A DNA stretch of 60,890 nt, counting the filler, from Asterionella formosa (taxonomy: Eukaryota), in assembly GCA_002256025.1 (NCBI GenBank). It is 5 parts of 5 records of this genome, joined end to end, with 100 filler letters (N's around TTAATTAATTAA, not from the genome) between each part and the next. Parts side by side here need not be neighbours in the genome. Positions count along the whole stretch, not along the records: positions 24,425 to 36,533 come from NKIB01007854.1; positions 36,634 to 48,712 come from NKIB01007877.1; 3 more parts are not named here. The stretch is one strand, 5' to 3'. The notes beneath the pieces were generated by a model. It worked only from the letters and a program-made list of their open reading frames with translations, was not told the origin of the DNA and ran no database searches. Positions 27,460-39,752 of this stretch are shown here, in pieces. A program made the translations under genes and the position numbers. Within the stretch, counting starts at the first letter, position 1. Every line of letters begins with the position of its first letter.

Positions 27460-28603
27460 CTACCAGTTGTTCCAAGGAGTTTGGTCGTCGTGAACCGGAT
27501 ATCCCCATATCTCCATTGCTTCCTTCAAATCGGCACAAGGAGAGTCTCTTAATTCATCCTCTGCAACAAACTTACCAGTGACGTCCAGGTTATTGTAAAA
27601 GTGAACTTGGATTGACTTATACAATCCCTCCTTCGCTCTGGGGTCGTTCTCAATTAATTCAATCGCCTCATCTCTATCAATCGCGTTATACATAACAAGA
27701 TCGCCAACTGCCAAACTCGATGGATCATCCTTGAATTGCGTCGGTAGATGAAGACTTCCGGCACAAATGACTCTTTCAGTTCTGATCAGGTACTCTAAAT
27801 GCTCCTTGTAAGTCTCGTCTCTCAAGGTGCCGGTTCCCTCCTCAGCTTCGTGATCCAAAGCTAACGCCATGCAAGGTGTGCCAAAGCGTCCATCATCTTG
27901 ACGAAGTGAATAATCTCGGTAATGACGCCAACGGTATAAGGGGATCTCCGAGATGTCTCCACCTGTGAACCATTGAATCAAGGGCTCATTCTTCATAAAG
28001 TCTTGAACATATTCCAACTTGGCCGATTCCAAACAAATGATCTGACCAATGACACGACGTACATCCGAAGATAAACTAGTAACAAAAAGGGTTAGTGACT
28101 TGAAAGTGCCATTATCTCCAGGTGCATTCATGGCACGAGCTAACTTACAGTTGACGCGACCAAACGACATCAACCATGGAATCAACATTGAACGTTTCGT
28201 TGTAAAGGTTCGCCTTACGGCACGCCATGACATGTGGCTCAGTGTGTTTGATGCGAGCATCGTGGAGCTCCTCGGGGCTCCTGTCCTCGGTGTCCAACAA
28301 ACGATCCCAAAGGATGGCGACGAATCGATTTCCAGAGTTCTTGCTCATAGGAACTGGCTTTAATTCTTTCGTATTGGTCACTCCTTCCTCATCTAATCTT
28401 CCTGGTCTATATGGTTCATCATACTCGTCCTCAGCTTCGAAGTCCGAGTCTTTGGAGGAGTAGTCTGACGAATCCACGGAGTACGACGACATGCGGAGAG
28501 TGAACGACGGCGCAACGTGTCGTTGTGGAAGGACCGAAAATGTAAAGGCCACAGTCAAGGGGAAACACACTGACAGGACAATCAGAAGAAACTGGCAGTT
28601 CAT
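27460..28603 (-). CDS. Plastid-targeted YCII-related domain protein; exons 28603-28149, 28075-27460
   Basis: Signal peptide ending TVA-F, Ser-rich transit; YCII-like HLEYL...AGSL...AIELIENDP; 73-nt GT-AG intron joins the two ORFs in frame. Confidence 0.8.
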
Positions 28604-30522
28604 GGTGCTATGCAACTCTGTCTAGTTAACCCGAGATGGATGCGGGTATCACGGCACTGCAAGGATGATCAAGTTATTTCCTAGTCCAACGCAACGGAAC
28701 CAACCGATTGAGAGCATCAAGAGAAGAATAAACCCATGTTGATGCATGATGGTTATGGCTGAATGTAACGGTATGTACCGGTAGGATATACACGCATTAC
28801 GTAAAATGGCCATGTACGGTATCCCTGCTACCGGTATTGGATTCTTCTACCGGTAATCATATTTTCACGGAATGGGCAGAATAAGCAAGCAAATATCAAC
28901 TTCCTCCCTGCCTGTAGAAATAGAGGTGTCTTGCTATAAGTACCTCCTGGGACTCACCTCCTCGAATTGCAGCCACTCATTTTCACAGTACATATGCCTT
29001 CTCGCTACCAGTAGGTACCAGGTAGCGGTATCCGATTATAGGACCACTGTACCTGGTACCACCGTTAAACAACATACGTTAGCAGATGGAGAATGCATGG
29101 TGCATCATGTCATCACTGCCTTGATCATGATGAAAATATCAAATACTCAAAGTATCTCAATGAGAAATGAGAACGACGCTTTATTCTTAGGTGAATATGT
29201 TAAGCACAATATAGAGAATACAATGATAAAAGAATTATTGTAATAACAGTAATATTGACAACGAAATGCACATCTTTTAAATGAAATTTATAGATTCACA
29301 ATTCAAAGCGACGATCCTATCAGCAGATTTGACACTTTCACAGTAGCTGTACAAAGACAACTAAAACAATAAAATGATTAATTAAAGCAACAAATAGATG
29401 TCAAACAAGTTATTTATTGGCTTAGATATGATTCCTTGTATCAATGCTGCAAAATTTGCAGTGTACTAACATGTGAATGATGGAAGAATGATGGTGATGA
29501 GATTGTTTCACAAAATTTTGCTTACCTGTATAAGTACCAGTATGTTTACCATGTATTATCTTCATTATGTAGTCAACAGTCGATATACCCCCCAGTAGCC
29601 TGGTAACTTGAGTATGTACTGTACATTCATTGTTTAAAATAGGTATATCAGGTCATTGGTATGATGATGCTGGCAGTTACAAATTTCCAATCCCAAAGAC
29701 ATTGAAACTGTGAATTAAGACAGGTGGTTTTCATCACTTCAACCAGAAAAGGAGAATAATTTTGAGTTTGCAGAGAATAAAGCAAAGTAAGCAAGACTTG
29801 CTTACTTTTGCTTTGAGCTGCCCCTCTAGTATTGCCCTGGCTATTGTTGTGTTTTGCTATTTCCTTGTTTTGAAGAATAAAATTAGCATTGAACCTATGC
29901 CACTAAGTGGTGACCATCCACAGACAATTTTAAAGAGTAAATAGATACTGTTTTCTTTGTACTTAAAAATACATGTCCTGCATCACTTTATCAATTTCAG
30001 CAAAATGACTGCAACTTGCAGCACCATGCATGCAAGAATAAAAAGTTGATAAAGTGGTAGACCAGGGAGGTGAGGACTGGTGCCTGGTGGTAACTGTACC
30101 AGGTACCAGTACCCTGTACCACCTTTCTACCATGGTAGTACCTCGTACCAGATACAAGTCGCGGTAAAAGACGGTTAAGACTGTGAGGAAAAAAATAGCT
30201 AAACTTCTGTTCCTGCAGCGTGGCAGTTAGTCCTGTTACCACGGTAGGACCATACCTGTTTATCTTCTGTCCACAATATCGATGGAAAGGCAGGGTTGTT
30301 AATTAACTTAAAATCAATCATCGAGTTTTCAAGTAAATCCACGCCACGATTGAAAGCTCCAAATGTGTAACGCAACATGTCAATCAAAAATCAGCACGGA
30401 TCGCCGAACCGATCCCATGAAATCTCATCTAATTTACCAGAGAATTATTCATTTCTCGCTCACAAATAATAAGTCAGAAGAAGACCAACACTCAACTTAA
30501 AATCCCAACCTTACAAGACACG

Positions 30523-30906
30523 ATGAAGATCAACACCAAGACTGTGACACCGATCAAAACCTGCCCCACCAGCAAGATCGCTGACAACAAGGACCTTCCG
30601 ACTGCGCCAACTGAACAAGGTTCGCTCGGCAGAGTCCTAACTTTTATTCCAATGATGATATGGACTCCAGTGCTCTCATCCAAACGCACTGAGGTGTCTA
30701 CCCCGGCTTCTCCCCGACTAACGGGGGACGAAATGAAAGAAGTTTGCGTCCGGCTCTCAGAGCTATTTATTTCCAAAACGACGGACAAGAAGGATCAACC
30801 AGCCGAAGATCGTAAACCTGAGCTTGGTCGATTCAAGACCACCATTATGGATCCCAAGACCAACCAGGCAGTCCCTGTTCTTCGCAGTGTCCGCGTGCAA
30901 GCTTAA
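30523..30906 (+). CDS. Hypothetical protein, 127 aa
   Basis: ATG-initiated ORF with coding-like composition, convergent with the next gene; no recognised domain. Confidence 0.55.
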   Translation: MKINTKTVTPIKTCPTSKIADNKDLPTAPTEQGSLGRVLTFIPMMIWTPVLSSKRTEVSTPASPRLTGDEMKEVCVRLSELFISKTTDKKDQPAEDRKPELGRFKTTIMDPKTNQAVPVLRSVRVQA

Positions 30907-31018
30907 ATTGACAATAATAGCCACGTCACCAGTTAGGAAAGCGACCGAGAGGTCGCTATAGTATGTAACTAATAGAAATAATCGCCGTTTTCAATCCCCT
31001 TCATGTGTTTCATTCTAT

Positions 31019-32068
31019 TCAATCTCTGTTCTTTCGTAAGAATACATGATATCGCTGTTTGAAGATAGTGTCGTTTTCCATCGTTAACGAGGTCGGGTCT
31101 ACGTCCCACCCATACCTATCAATAGCAGGTTTCCACCAATGAGGATGCACTCCACCCCAATCAAAGTACGCATTGCAAAGCGGCAGGCTAACTTGTTCCA
31201 CAATGATAGCTTTCCCGGGCTTGGCAATGCGCACCATCTCAGCAACCCATTTTCCATAAAAGTCGTTTTGTATCCCTTGAGCCATCTCTGATAGCTTCTT
31301 GCTCTGCCAATCCTCCGCTTCACAGAGCTCGGCATATTTTTTATCGTTGGCTTCTGATGTAAGATTAAAGTGAAGAGGATCTATAATGGGGAAAATGTAA
31401 CCTGTGTACACCAAGTCAAACGCATTTGATGGTACAAAGAATAGATGGGTCGAATCTCCGACACAGATCTTGCCCTTTTTAGCATTGTTGGGAGCGACGT
31501 GATCAAACAAAAGATTCGCTCTATCGGCAGAAACTTTCAGATATTCATTCCCGTAGACATAAAGTGTATCAATATTCTTCACTTCTTTGAGAATCTCCAG
31601 CGTCATGAAAATGTTAAGACCGATGCCGCAAGCACTTTCATAGATGGAATCTCCCTCGTTAATTTCCGGAGCAAACATATTGCTCTTCCAGTGATACATC
31701 CCTGCCTTTACTTGCTCATAAGAGTGTCCCCAGTTATCAAAAACCTCGGTTCTGAAGGTCTCGAGAAAATGAGTCAAGTTGTTGGTGATCGCGATGGGCT
31801 TTGTTGCTTGCTCATATGCTGTGGTAAAGATTTCTGAATCGTAGTTATCGGCGACTCCAATACCTAGAGGGCATTCAAATGGGACAATAATTGATGTCGA
31901 GGAACCCAATGGGATGAATATATATATAGCTGCGGCTATCAAGGTGGTTCCAATGATCAATATGGCCCATCGAAAATCGGGCTCGTTCCTGCTGTTCTCT
32001 GATTGATCCCCAATTTCCATCTTTTCCATCTTTCCAACAAAAAAACCGGCATCGCTATCCGGAATCAT
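31019..32068 (-). CDS. Membrane-anchored SAM-dependent methyltransferase-like protein
   Basis: N-terminal TM WAILIIGTTLIAAAIYIFI; motif I-like SIYESACGIG; AFDLVYTG; EMVRIAKPGKAII. Confidence 0.8.
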   Translation of the reverse strand: MIPDSDAGFFVGKMEKMEIGDQSENSRNEPDFRWAILIIGTTLIAAAIYIFIPLGSSTSIIVPFECPLGIGVADNYDSEIFTTAYEQATKPIAITNNLTHFLETFRTEVFDNWGHSYEQVKAGMYHWKSNMFAPEINEGDSIYESACGIGLNIFMTLEILKEVKNIDTLYVYGNEYLKVSADRANLLFDHVAPNNAKKGKICVGDSTHLFFVPSNAFDLVYTGYIFPIIDPLHFNLTSEANDKKYAELCEAEDWQSKKLSEMAQGIQNDFYGKWVAEMVRIAKPGKAIIVEQVSLPLCNAYFDWGGVHPHWWKPAIDRYGWDVDPTSLTMENDTIFKQRYHVFLRKNRD

Positions 32069-33359
32069 CTCTGGGAGATTGGGCTATGCCTCGAGCAAAC
32101 AAACTGATACGGAGGAGTGTTGGTCTATTACCGATATCTACGTTCTGCTACCGGTTGAACACCGGTTACTGAGGAAAGGAACAGAACATTTCGTCCGTTT
32201 CGTTTCCATGATGGTTCTTACCGCCATAGCTACCGGTAATAGGTGTATAATAATACCGGTATCATCGGTGTGACATATCATGTGATCATCGTATTTATGT
32301 ATTTACAATTTATGCATCAATAAAACATTTTGACTAGGAACAATACCTAAGTAATAGACTAACGGTATTATCATGTAGCATTGTGTCTACATACCAGCCC
32401 ACTAGTGGTATGGTAGGTACTCCTACATACATCCAACGTCAAAATTGTTGGCTGAGTACCGGTACCTGGTACCTGGTACTAAGTACCATACTGGTAGTAA
32501 CGAGAGCTACAAATTTCTCATTCTTCCTGTGGGTTTGATTGAAACCTCCGTGTTTGCTAGCCACTTGAAAAGTGAACTTTCATCGTTTGTTAGTCAAGCA
32601 AGACGAGGCTAAATGTTGGAGAAAGACCTCAATAACCTACCGGCAATGACAAAGGTTCATGCTTCATGCTGAATAGTTTTGTTTTTTAAAGTATTTTCTA
32701 AGATGGGAATTAGATCCATCGATCCTAATCCAAGTGAAAGCTCAATGACAAGTTACTTGAAACATTGACGATGGGACCTGGTATACAAAGTTTCATCTTC
32801 CATTTATATACATACATTTATACAGTTTTTATGGATGTGAAGTAACGTGTCTCACGAAATTAGAAGTCACCACATGCATATCACTTAAAGTTAACGTAAG
32901 TGATCGGTTATCCTAGTCTATTTTATTGCAGCGTCCATATATACAGTATTAAAATTCAGATCAACAACAGTATTTAATAAGGGCCTAAAAGTTCCTGGCG
33001 TGACTAGACGAAAGTGGGAGAGACAGATGAATAATATTTCAGACACTTTACAAGAGTCAATTAACGCTACATTTTTGATAAGAGGAGATATTGTTGGAAA
33101 GCACAGCATACAAAGTATTCTGTTTATTGGAGCTCATGATGCATCGACAACTTCGTCCACCACCATTAAAATGAGGGTGTCAAAAGCCATCCATGATAGA
33201 GGTTGGTGTAACACGTGTTGTCACAAGGGAGTTTACACATATGTCTATGCAGGGACGATAGTAAAAGAACAAATACGAAGGTCACTTAGAATGGAGTGAG
33301 GTAGGGTTGGAAATGCAGTTGTAGGCGCTGCGATGATATGGCGGGTAGGTTCGATGCTA

Positions 33360-34838
33360 CTATGCCACAGAAATGCGCATAGCATTACAAGCAGCCTCAA
33401 CAAGGGCAGGAAGAGATGGTCCAGATGTATCCATCTTCGGGAGAGTCTCTGTGAAAGGCTGAGGGGACACCAGGGAAGGAACGAGAATTTTCGAAGATGT
33501 TGGCGTTCGGAAGTGAGCGAATGACTGCTCCTGTGAGCGCGGTTGAGGCGAGACCATACGAAGGAATGCCTTCGTTTCACCAACAGTTTGTTCCAGGTCA
33601 TCAGGAAGAGGAAAGTAGGTAAACTTATCCATGCTTTCGGGGTCACTGTCGCCGTACGAAGTTGGCTTTGGCGACGGATACCGAGGAGTGACAACCCCAG
33701 TCTGAGAAGGTTCATCGGCATCTGTAGAAGGAGCTGCAGACAAGTCAAGTTGTGTGGTGTACAAACATTCGGGAATTGCCTCTGTCTCCACCATCGCTGG
33801 CGCGTAAGCTTTGGCTTCGAGACAAGAATGAGTAGCTGTACGTACGACAATGCGAGAACTTTTTTCCATCATCCTGGCAAGAACCCGAGTGTCAATCTGT
33901 ACCGAGACGCCAGTGAGAGTCTCTTCACCTGCCTTGGTGATCGTGAAAGTTCCTTCGATGATACCAGGAGCTTCCAGAGTAACTTCAGTGAAACCAGCTG
34001 AAGTACTGAGGTTCAAGACCGTTTGGAATGAAAGTGCGTGGGAGACACTGTAGACCTTGTCGCTGTCAGTCTCAAGTTTTCGCTTTTTCGCCGGAGGTGC
34101 GGTGCAAGCAGGAGAGGAAATCCGTGAGTCCTTTTCCATACGCTGTGGTCGGACACGGTAGGAGGTGCGAGCGTCAAGAACATCAAACTTGGAAGCCCCG
34201 TGCTTCAGAGAGGCCAAAACCAAAGCTTCTGAAGAGCTGAGTAGTTCACGAAGATCGTCTTGGCTTGCGCCTTGAGCCAGCAGGTCGCGCTCCTGCAAGA
34301 CCAGGGATTCGGCCAGCTCGCTCACCCAAGTGTCAATTCTCCATTGCACAGCAGTGTGAAAAGATTGGAGCATGTTCCTTGCCATTGCCTCTGCTGACAA
34401 GCGCATGGCATCCCGATCATCGACCCCAAGAGGTCTACTCAGCAAAACTGCTGGTGGCTGCACATGAGTTAAAGCACGCTCGCTGCTACCATCGGTGACT
34501 TGACGCTGTATGACTGACGGGCGAGTTTGAAATGACGATGCATCCAAAGACAATGACGGGCACGAGAAAGCGAAGCTCTGTTGATGGGAACCCGAATTCT
34601 GGAGGTCGTCATGTCCTCCATTTGACGACTGAACTGCAATTTCTTCGTCACTACTTAATGGCTCGTCAATAACAGAGGTGGTTGATGTAGACGTCATCAA
34701 GCTCATTAGTAGTTGCGCATCTTGGCGAAGGTCACCATCGGTGGCAATGCTGCCATCCTCTTGTGAGACGCAGGTACCGAGACGAGCTGCAAAGCCAATC
34801 AGGGCCAACTGTTCAGAGGTTGTACCAGCCTCGTCCAT
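33360..34838 (-). CDS. Hypothetical protein, 492 aa, with NLS-like motif
   Basis: Long intact ORF; PPAKKRK; no family recognised. Confidence 0.75.
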   Translation of the reverse strand: MDEAGTTSEQLALIGFAARLGTCVSQEDGSIATDGDLRQDAQLLMSLMTSTSTTSVIDEPLSSDEEIAVQSSNGGHDDLQNSGSHQQSFAFSCPSLSLDASSFQTRPSVIQRQVTDGSSERALTHVQPPAVLLSRPLGVDDRDAMRLSAEAMARNMLQSFHTAVQWRIDTWVSELAESLVLQERDLLAQGASQDDLRELLSSSEALVLASLKHGASKFDVLDARTSYRVRPQRMEKDSRISSPACTAPPAKKRKLETDSDKVYSVSHALSFQTVLNLSTSAGFTEVTLEAPGIIEGTFTITKAGEETLTGVSVQIDTRVLARMMEKSSRIVVRTATHSCLEAKAYAPAMVETEAIPECLYTTQLDLSAAPSTDADEPSQTGVVTPRYPSPKPTSYGDSDPESMDKFTYFPLPDDLEQTVGETKAFLRMVSPQPRSQEQSFAHFRTPTSSKILVPSLVSPQPFTETLPKMDTSGPSLPALVEAACNAMRISVA

Positions 34839-36533
34839 GGCAATTCAAGATATCAATGTGCTTGTTATGGAGAAGTCAATGCCCAATGCTTGTTCCTTAC
34901 AAGAATTGGAATGTATTATGCAAGGAGCAATGCTAGAAAGAATAATAACTTTCGCTAGTTGATGCGTTTCAGCTGGGATTACAACTGTTCTGTTGAAATC
35001 GCACTGAGCATCACTGGCCGCTGTGTGTTGAACTTCGTTCTGACAAGAGCACATAGCATATCCTCGTAGACTTTGGTGTAGCTAGAGAAGGCACTGACAC
35101 CATAGTTCTCTGTGAGTATAAATGTATGTAATGGTTGGTACCTGGTACTACGTACCGCATTTATGCCCATTCTTGTTTCCATCGTTCCACCTCTCGTCCT
35201 ACAAAAGACCCAGTCCCCGTAAAAAGACCCAGTGCCGGAACTCGGCGGTCGAATCCCCTTCGCAATCTCGTGAAATTACATTTTTCAGAAGGGTATTTAG
35301 GGAATGTTAACTTGGACAAGGAATATATTATATTTTCGCGGGTTTTAGTTGTGGAAAACGTCAACGCCGGCCCAATACTGGTTACACAAGTTATTACTTG
35401 TTGGTCCTTTGCATACCAGCAGGGAAGACAATACCACACGTGATCGGCTTGTTTTAGGGGATCAACTTTTATGTGTGAGGTGCGTTGAACGCCGACCGGG
35501 TAGCGCAATAAATATTTCCTTTCGTCCATCGTGTCACGCTTTTTCTGATGATTCGCAAAAAAGCAAGCATGACAACGAAAAGCAATCGCTATATGTACGG
35601 TCGTGAGACAAGAAAAGCTGACACTGACGCTCGTATCATACCTTGCCAGCGTTACTGAGGAAGCCTTAGTCTAGAAATTTTACTTATGATGTACCCCGGA
35701 GTACTGACGGCCGGTAATAGGATAGCAGTAAGTACTGGTAACCGGGTACCCCACATCAATTAAAAACTGTAAGGAACTGCTATTTTACTCCATCTTCCGA
35801 CTAAAAATATTTATGTAATAATACAATGATGAAAACTTGATGCAAGTACAAACTGCATGTTAGAAGATGCTCTCTGCTAGGAATTCTAATACTAGGTGTG
35901 CATTTTCAGTCATAGTTAAATTTACTGTCTTAGTTTAAATTTATTTAAGATTATTCATCATCACTAACTTCATTGTTATCATCATAATTTCAACTTTGCA
36001 ACATTGAACTTTCCAGGTTACAAACCTGACACATTTATTTTTCCTAGTACTAAGCCTGCCTACATTGGCAGTCTGTAGTGCTGCTGCTGACACCTTGCTT
36101 CCCCATTCACCATGTCCATTTTGGACACTGCCACTCCCTTCACCGACTCCTCATCCACTCTTATTCACACTCAACTTGCTCTGCTAGACTTTCTGGTCTT
36201 TCCACAACAAAAATCAGCCAAATCGGCACTTGACATATTGATAAAATGCATTTTGCCTACTTTACGCACTTCTCACAGTGCTTTGTTTTTCAAAAAAGGC
36301 CTATTCCTCTTCCCAAGACCTTGCTTGCTGTCTCCCTCTCTACCACTTCCAATTCTCCCATATTCATCTGGAATATCTGGAAATTTCAAGAAACTGTTCT
36401 CTATTGCTGTTGCCCACATTCTCTGCCATCAGGTACCAAGGCAGGAACTTCACTTTCCCCTGATCCCTCCATTGTATTGGCAACCCAAGAGTCGCCTCTC
36501 TCAATATTTTGCGATTCGTCTGTATGTATCACC

Positions 36534-36633
36534 NNNNNNNNNNNNNNNNNNNNNNNNNNNNNNNNNNNNNNNNNNNNTTAATTAATTAANNNNNNNNNNN
36601 NNNNNNNNNNNNNNNNNNNNNNNNNNNNNNNNN
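36534..36633. other. Artificial contig linker
   Basis: N44-TTAATTAATTAA-N44. Confidence 0.98.
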
Positions 36634-37179
36634 ATCTGCCAACCTGTTGTAGCAGGTACAATAATGTACGTATACTCCAACCACAATCAATTGTTCTTGT
36701 CGGAGTTGAGAGGAGTAGGAAGCTGTTACGTAATGCAGGTGCACGAAGAAGGGACTTGACCTTGATCGAATGAGTCACAGTCCATTCATCCCGGCAGTCA
36801 CGACTCAATATTTAGTATCAGTTAACATACAGCTAGCAAAAAATGTTGAATATCCAACAAGGAATATTTAATGATTCATGCCTAGAATCATGACCTGCCT
36901 GCCTGTTGCTAAAGCAAGACATTTAGTGCAATTACCGAGCAGCAGAGATTCCGCTGGTGGTAGTGCACCAACGAAGGTTTCTGGGTTTCCTAGCGGGGAT
37001 ACTAAGCAAAACAGCGTCATCACCATGACAAAAACTACATCGCCAGGATTTGGTCGCGAGGATACCAGCACCACAAACAAGGCATACAAGAACGAGATGC
37101 TACAACAAGAAACAACAGCAGATTTAGATTTTGTGTTGATTATCAAGGTTGGACGAGAAAAAACATCAAGCGAAATGTC

Positions 37180-37685
37180 ATTATGTACCGGAAGACAGGA
37201 TGTCAATATGGAGATAGAAGCAGCGCCTCCCAGCGCACCAGGGGACACATCATAAGTGCGCATCAAGCACTGTGATCTGGTTCAATCACCACAGACATAA
37301 AGAGAGTTGAATTCAATCCAGCATTAGCACACACAGTGACCATTCACTATACCTGTATAAAGGAACAATCAATAGTGACAGTGTGATCGAAGTAGCGCCT
37401 CCTGGCAAATCAGTGAATCCAGCAGCATTATGTATCCAGCAGAGTGATTGAAATAAATCGCCACTGTAATAAATGAGAGTTGAATTCAATCCTCAATGGA
37501 AAGAAACCAGCAAACATATTGACAACAAGTAGAAAGACATTAGATACAGGAACAATTGATAATGATATGGAGATCAAAGAGGCGCCTCAAGGTGCAGAAG
37601 TGAACCGCACAGCATTAAGCATCAAGCATCAAGCAGAGTGAGGGTAAAAACTTGCTACAGAAAGAATGAGAATTGAATTCAATCC
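37180..37685 (+). repeat. Three diverged tandem repeats of about 170-190 bp
   Basis: Each unit contains GATNRAAG..GCGCCTC and ends GAGA(G/A)TTGAATTCAATCC (about 37319, 37492, 37685). Confidence 0.7.
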
Positions 37686-39752
37686 TGAAAGGAAAGAAAT
37701 GAAATGGCACAAAAAATGACACTGGCTCCAATGTCCTTTGCCACAAATCACAATCTAAGATCAACACTTTCTTCACAGGTCATATTACAAGGTGAAGAGT
37801 TTCTCACTCTAACACCTTCTGCACTCACTTACACCTTGACAGGCGGTCAACAAGGTGTTCCCACAATCACCATCCCCGCTTGACAGCTGCGCCATAAGTC
37901 AACAATACGTATATTAAGTTGATATCAGGAGGGTTAGAATTTTCTAAACCCAGGCTGTTCATGCCAGGAAGTGCCATGTGAGCTGCCCTATTTTCAATAG
38001 AGTAGTTTTAAGGTGCAAAAAAATTGAAGTTATTATATATACACTTACAGCTTGCTTCACTATTAGCTTTACTTGATGAATAATATATGCTATTAAAACC
38101 ATATATAGAACGCTTTTGCTGCCAATTTGGTGACACCCATTTGGAAATACTGATTTGGCACTACCAATTTGGAGATACCAATTGGGAGTATTACAGGTGA
38201 TGTCACTGAATATGCCATCATAAACTTAATGTAGAAATCAACACCCCAGAAGTTTGAGTGGCTTGATACCAATTTGAGTCAATTGGGGAACATTCGCCTT
38301 GATTTGGCGCCAAATTTGGGTCAGAAGTTCCATGGTCAAGCAAACAAACTTCTGGGATTTCAAATTTTTTGGCCCCCAATTCAGCTTTCCAAATTGGGTA
38401 CTTCTCGACTCCTGTGCAGTTACATCTGCCACAAGATAATGGATTGATAGCAATCCTTTCACTGAGGGATGACGACAGTGAGCTGGAACCATATATACTG
38501 CAGCCATGCATGTTGGGGAGAGGTCATCGGAATACCCGGTATACGCATACGAAATATCGCAGGTACATTTTTGTCACAGTTGTCAGTTTCTACCACGCGG
38601 TATAGCAATCAAAAACTAGAGCAGATAGATAATATATGAACAGCATTCATAAAAGTTGAAAGAATGGATACGTATGCGGGGATTGCGACCCCATTTTGGT
38701 GTACAGTACCTGGTACCTAGTATTCTCTATACCGACCGAGTGATGAAACAGCAAGTTGTAGAAGTCACTTAACATTTGATAGCTTCCATTGGCCTTATGG
38801 AATTTAGTAATGGTGATTTGAGACACGACCAAAAGGACAGCAAAGTTCAATTGGTTCTATAATCCTACGCTGGCTATCTTCCAGATAAGCAAGTGCAGGG
38901 GGGAGCACGTCAATGTTTGTCCCCGTAGTGGGGGCAAACACTACTCGTCTCCATTTATTGGCTAGCGACATAGCGATGAATCACGGTCTCTCCACCACGT
39001 ATTCCATCGGGGAGTCATTATCAGCCCACACCAAGATCAAAAGCTATGTAGCTCTTTCAGTACCCGCCCAATAATGTGCACATACAATAATTACTGCTCA
39101 GCGGCCGTCAGTATTACAAAAGACGTCCACGAAGTGTTGGGTCACTTTTCATCCTCGTGAAACGCATAGCAGGGTACCACTCCAAGAATACGAAAGTAAA
39201 AGCAAAGCAGCCTTCAGCGCAAGTAATACTCTGATCTGTGATTCATTTCAAAAAGACCCATCGCCTGTCGTTGTTTTTCTGCAAAATTCCTAGGGGCGGT
39301 CCATAGGAGGTCCCGCCTTGTCAATGTTGGCCGTCGGATGGGAGCAAATAAATAAGTTTTTTTGCAATACAATAAGTTGGGGGTGGGGTGTCCGGGACCT
39401 GAGATACAATTACAATGTGATTGCGACTGCAAAACAACAAGGCGCGAACTCCCATAGAAAATCCACTGCATTTCGTCAAAACAAACGGGTGTGGACGACA
39501 ATGCTTTGGTTCCTCAAGTCGTGAATCGGGACTACGTGAGTAGAGTTCGGTATTGTTTCAACAATGAAAATGTGAGATGCCCATTAGTATTTCTAGGTTC
39601 TTACGCGTGCGTGAAGAATATGGTAGGCTTCATCTACCCTCCGCTTGATGTCAAGCCGCATCTTGCGCTTTTCAGTTTACCAACTTCTCACAAATCTCAG
39701 TTCGGCATCTTGAATATTCTTTCACCAAAAGAACCAACTTTCTTCGTTCACC

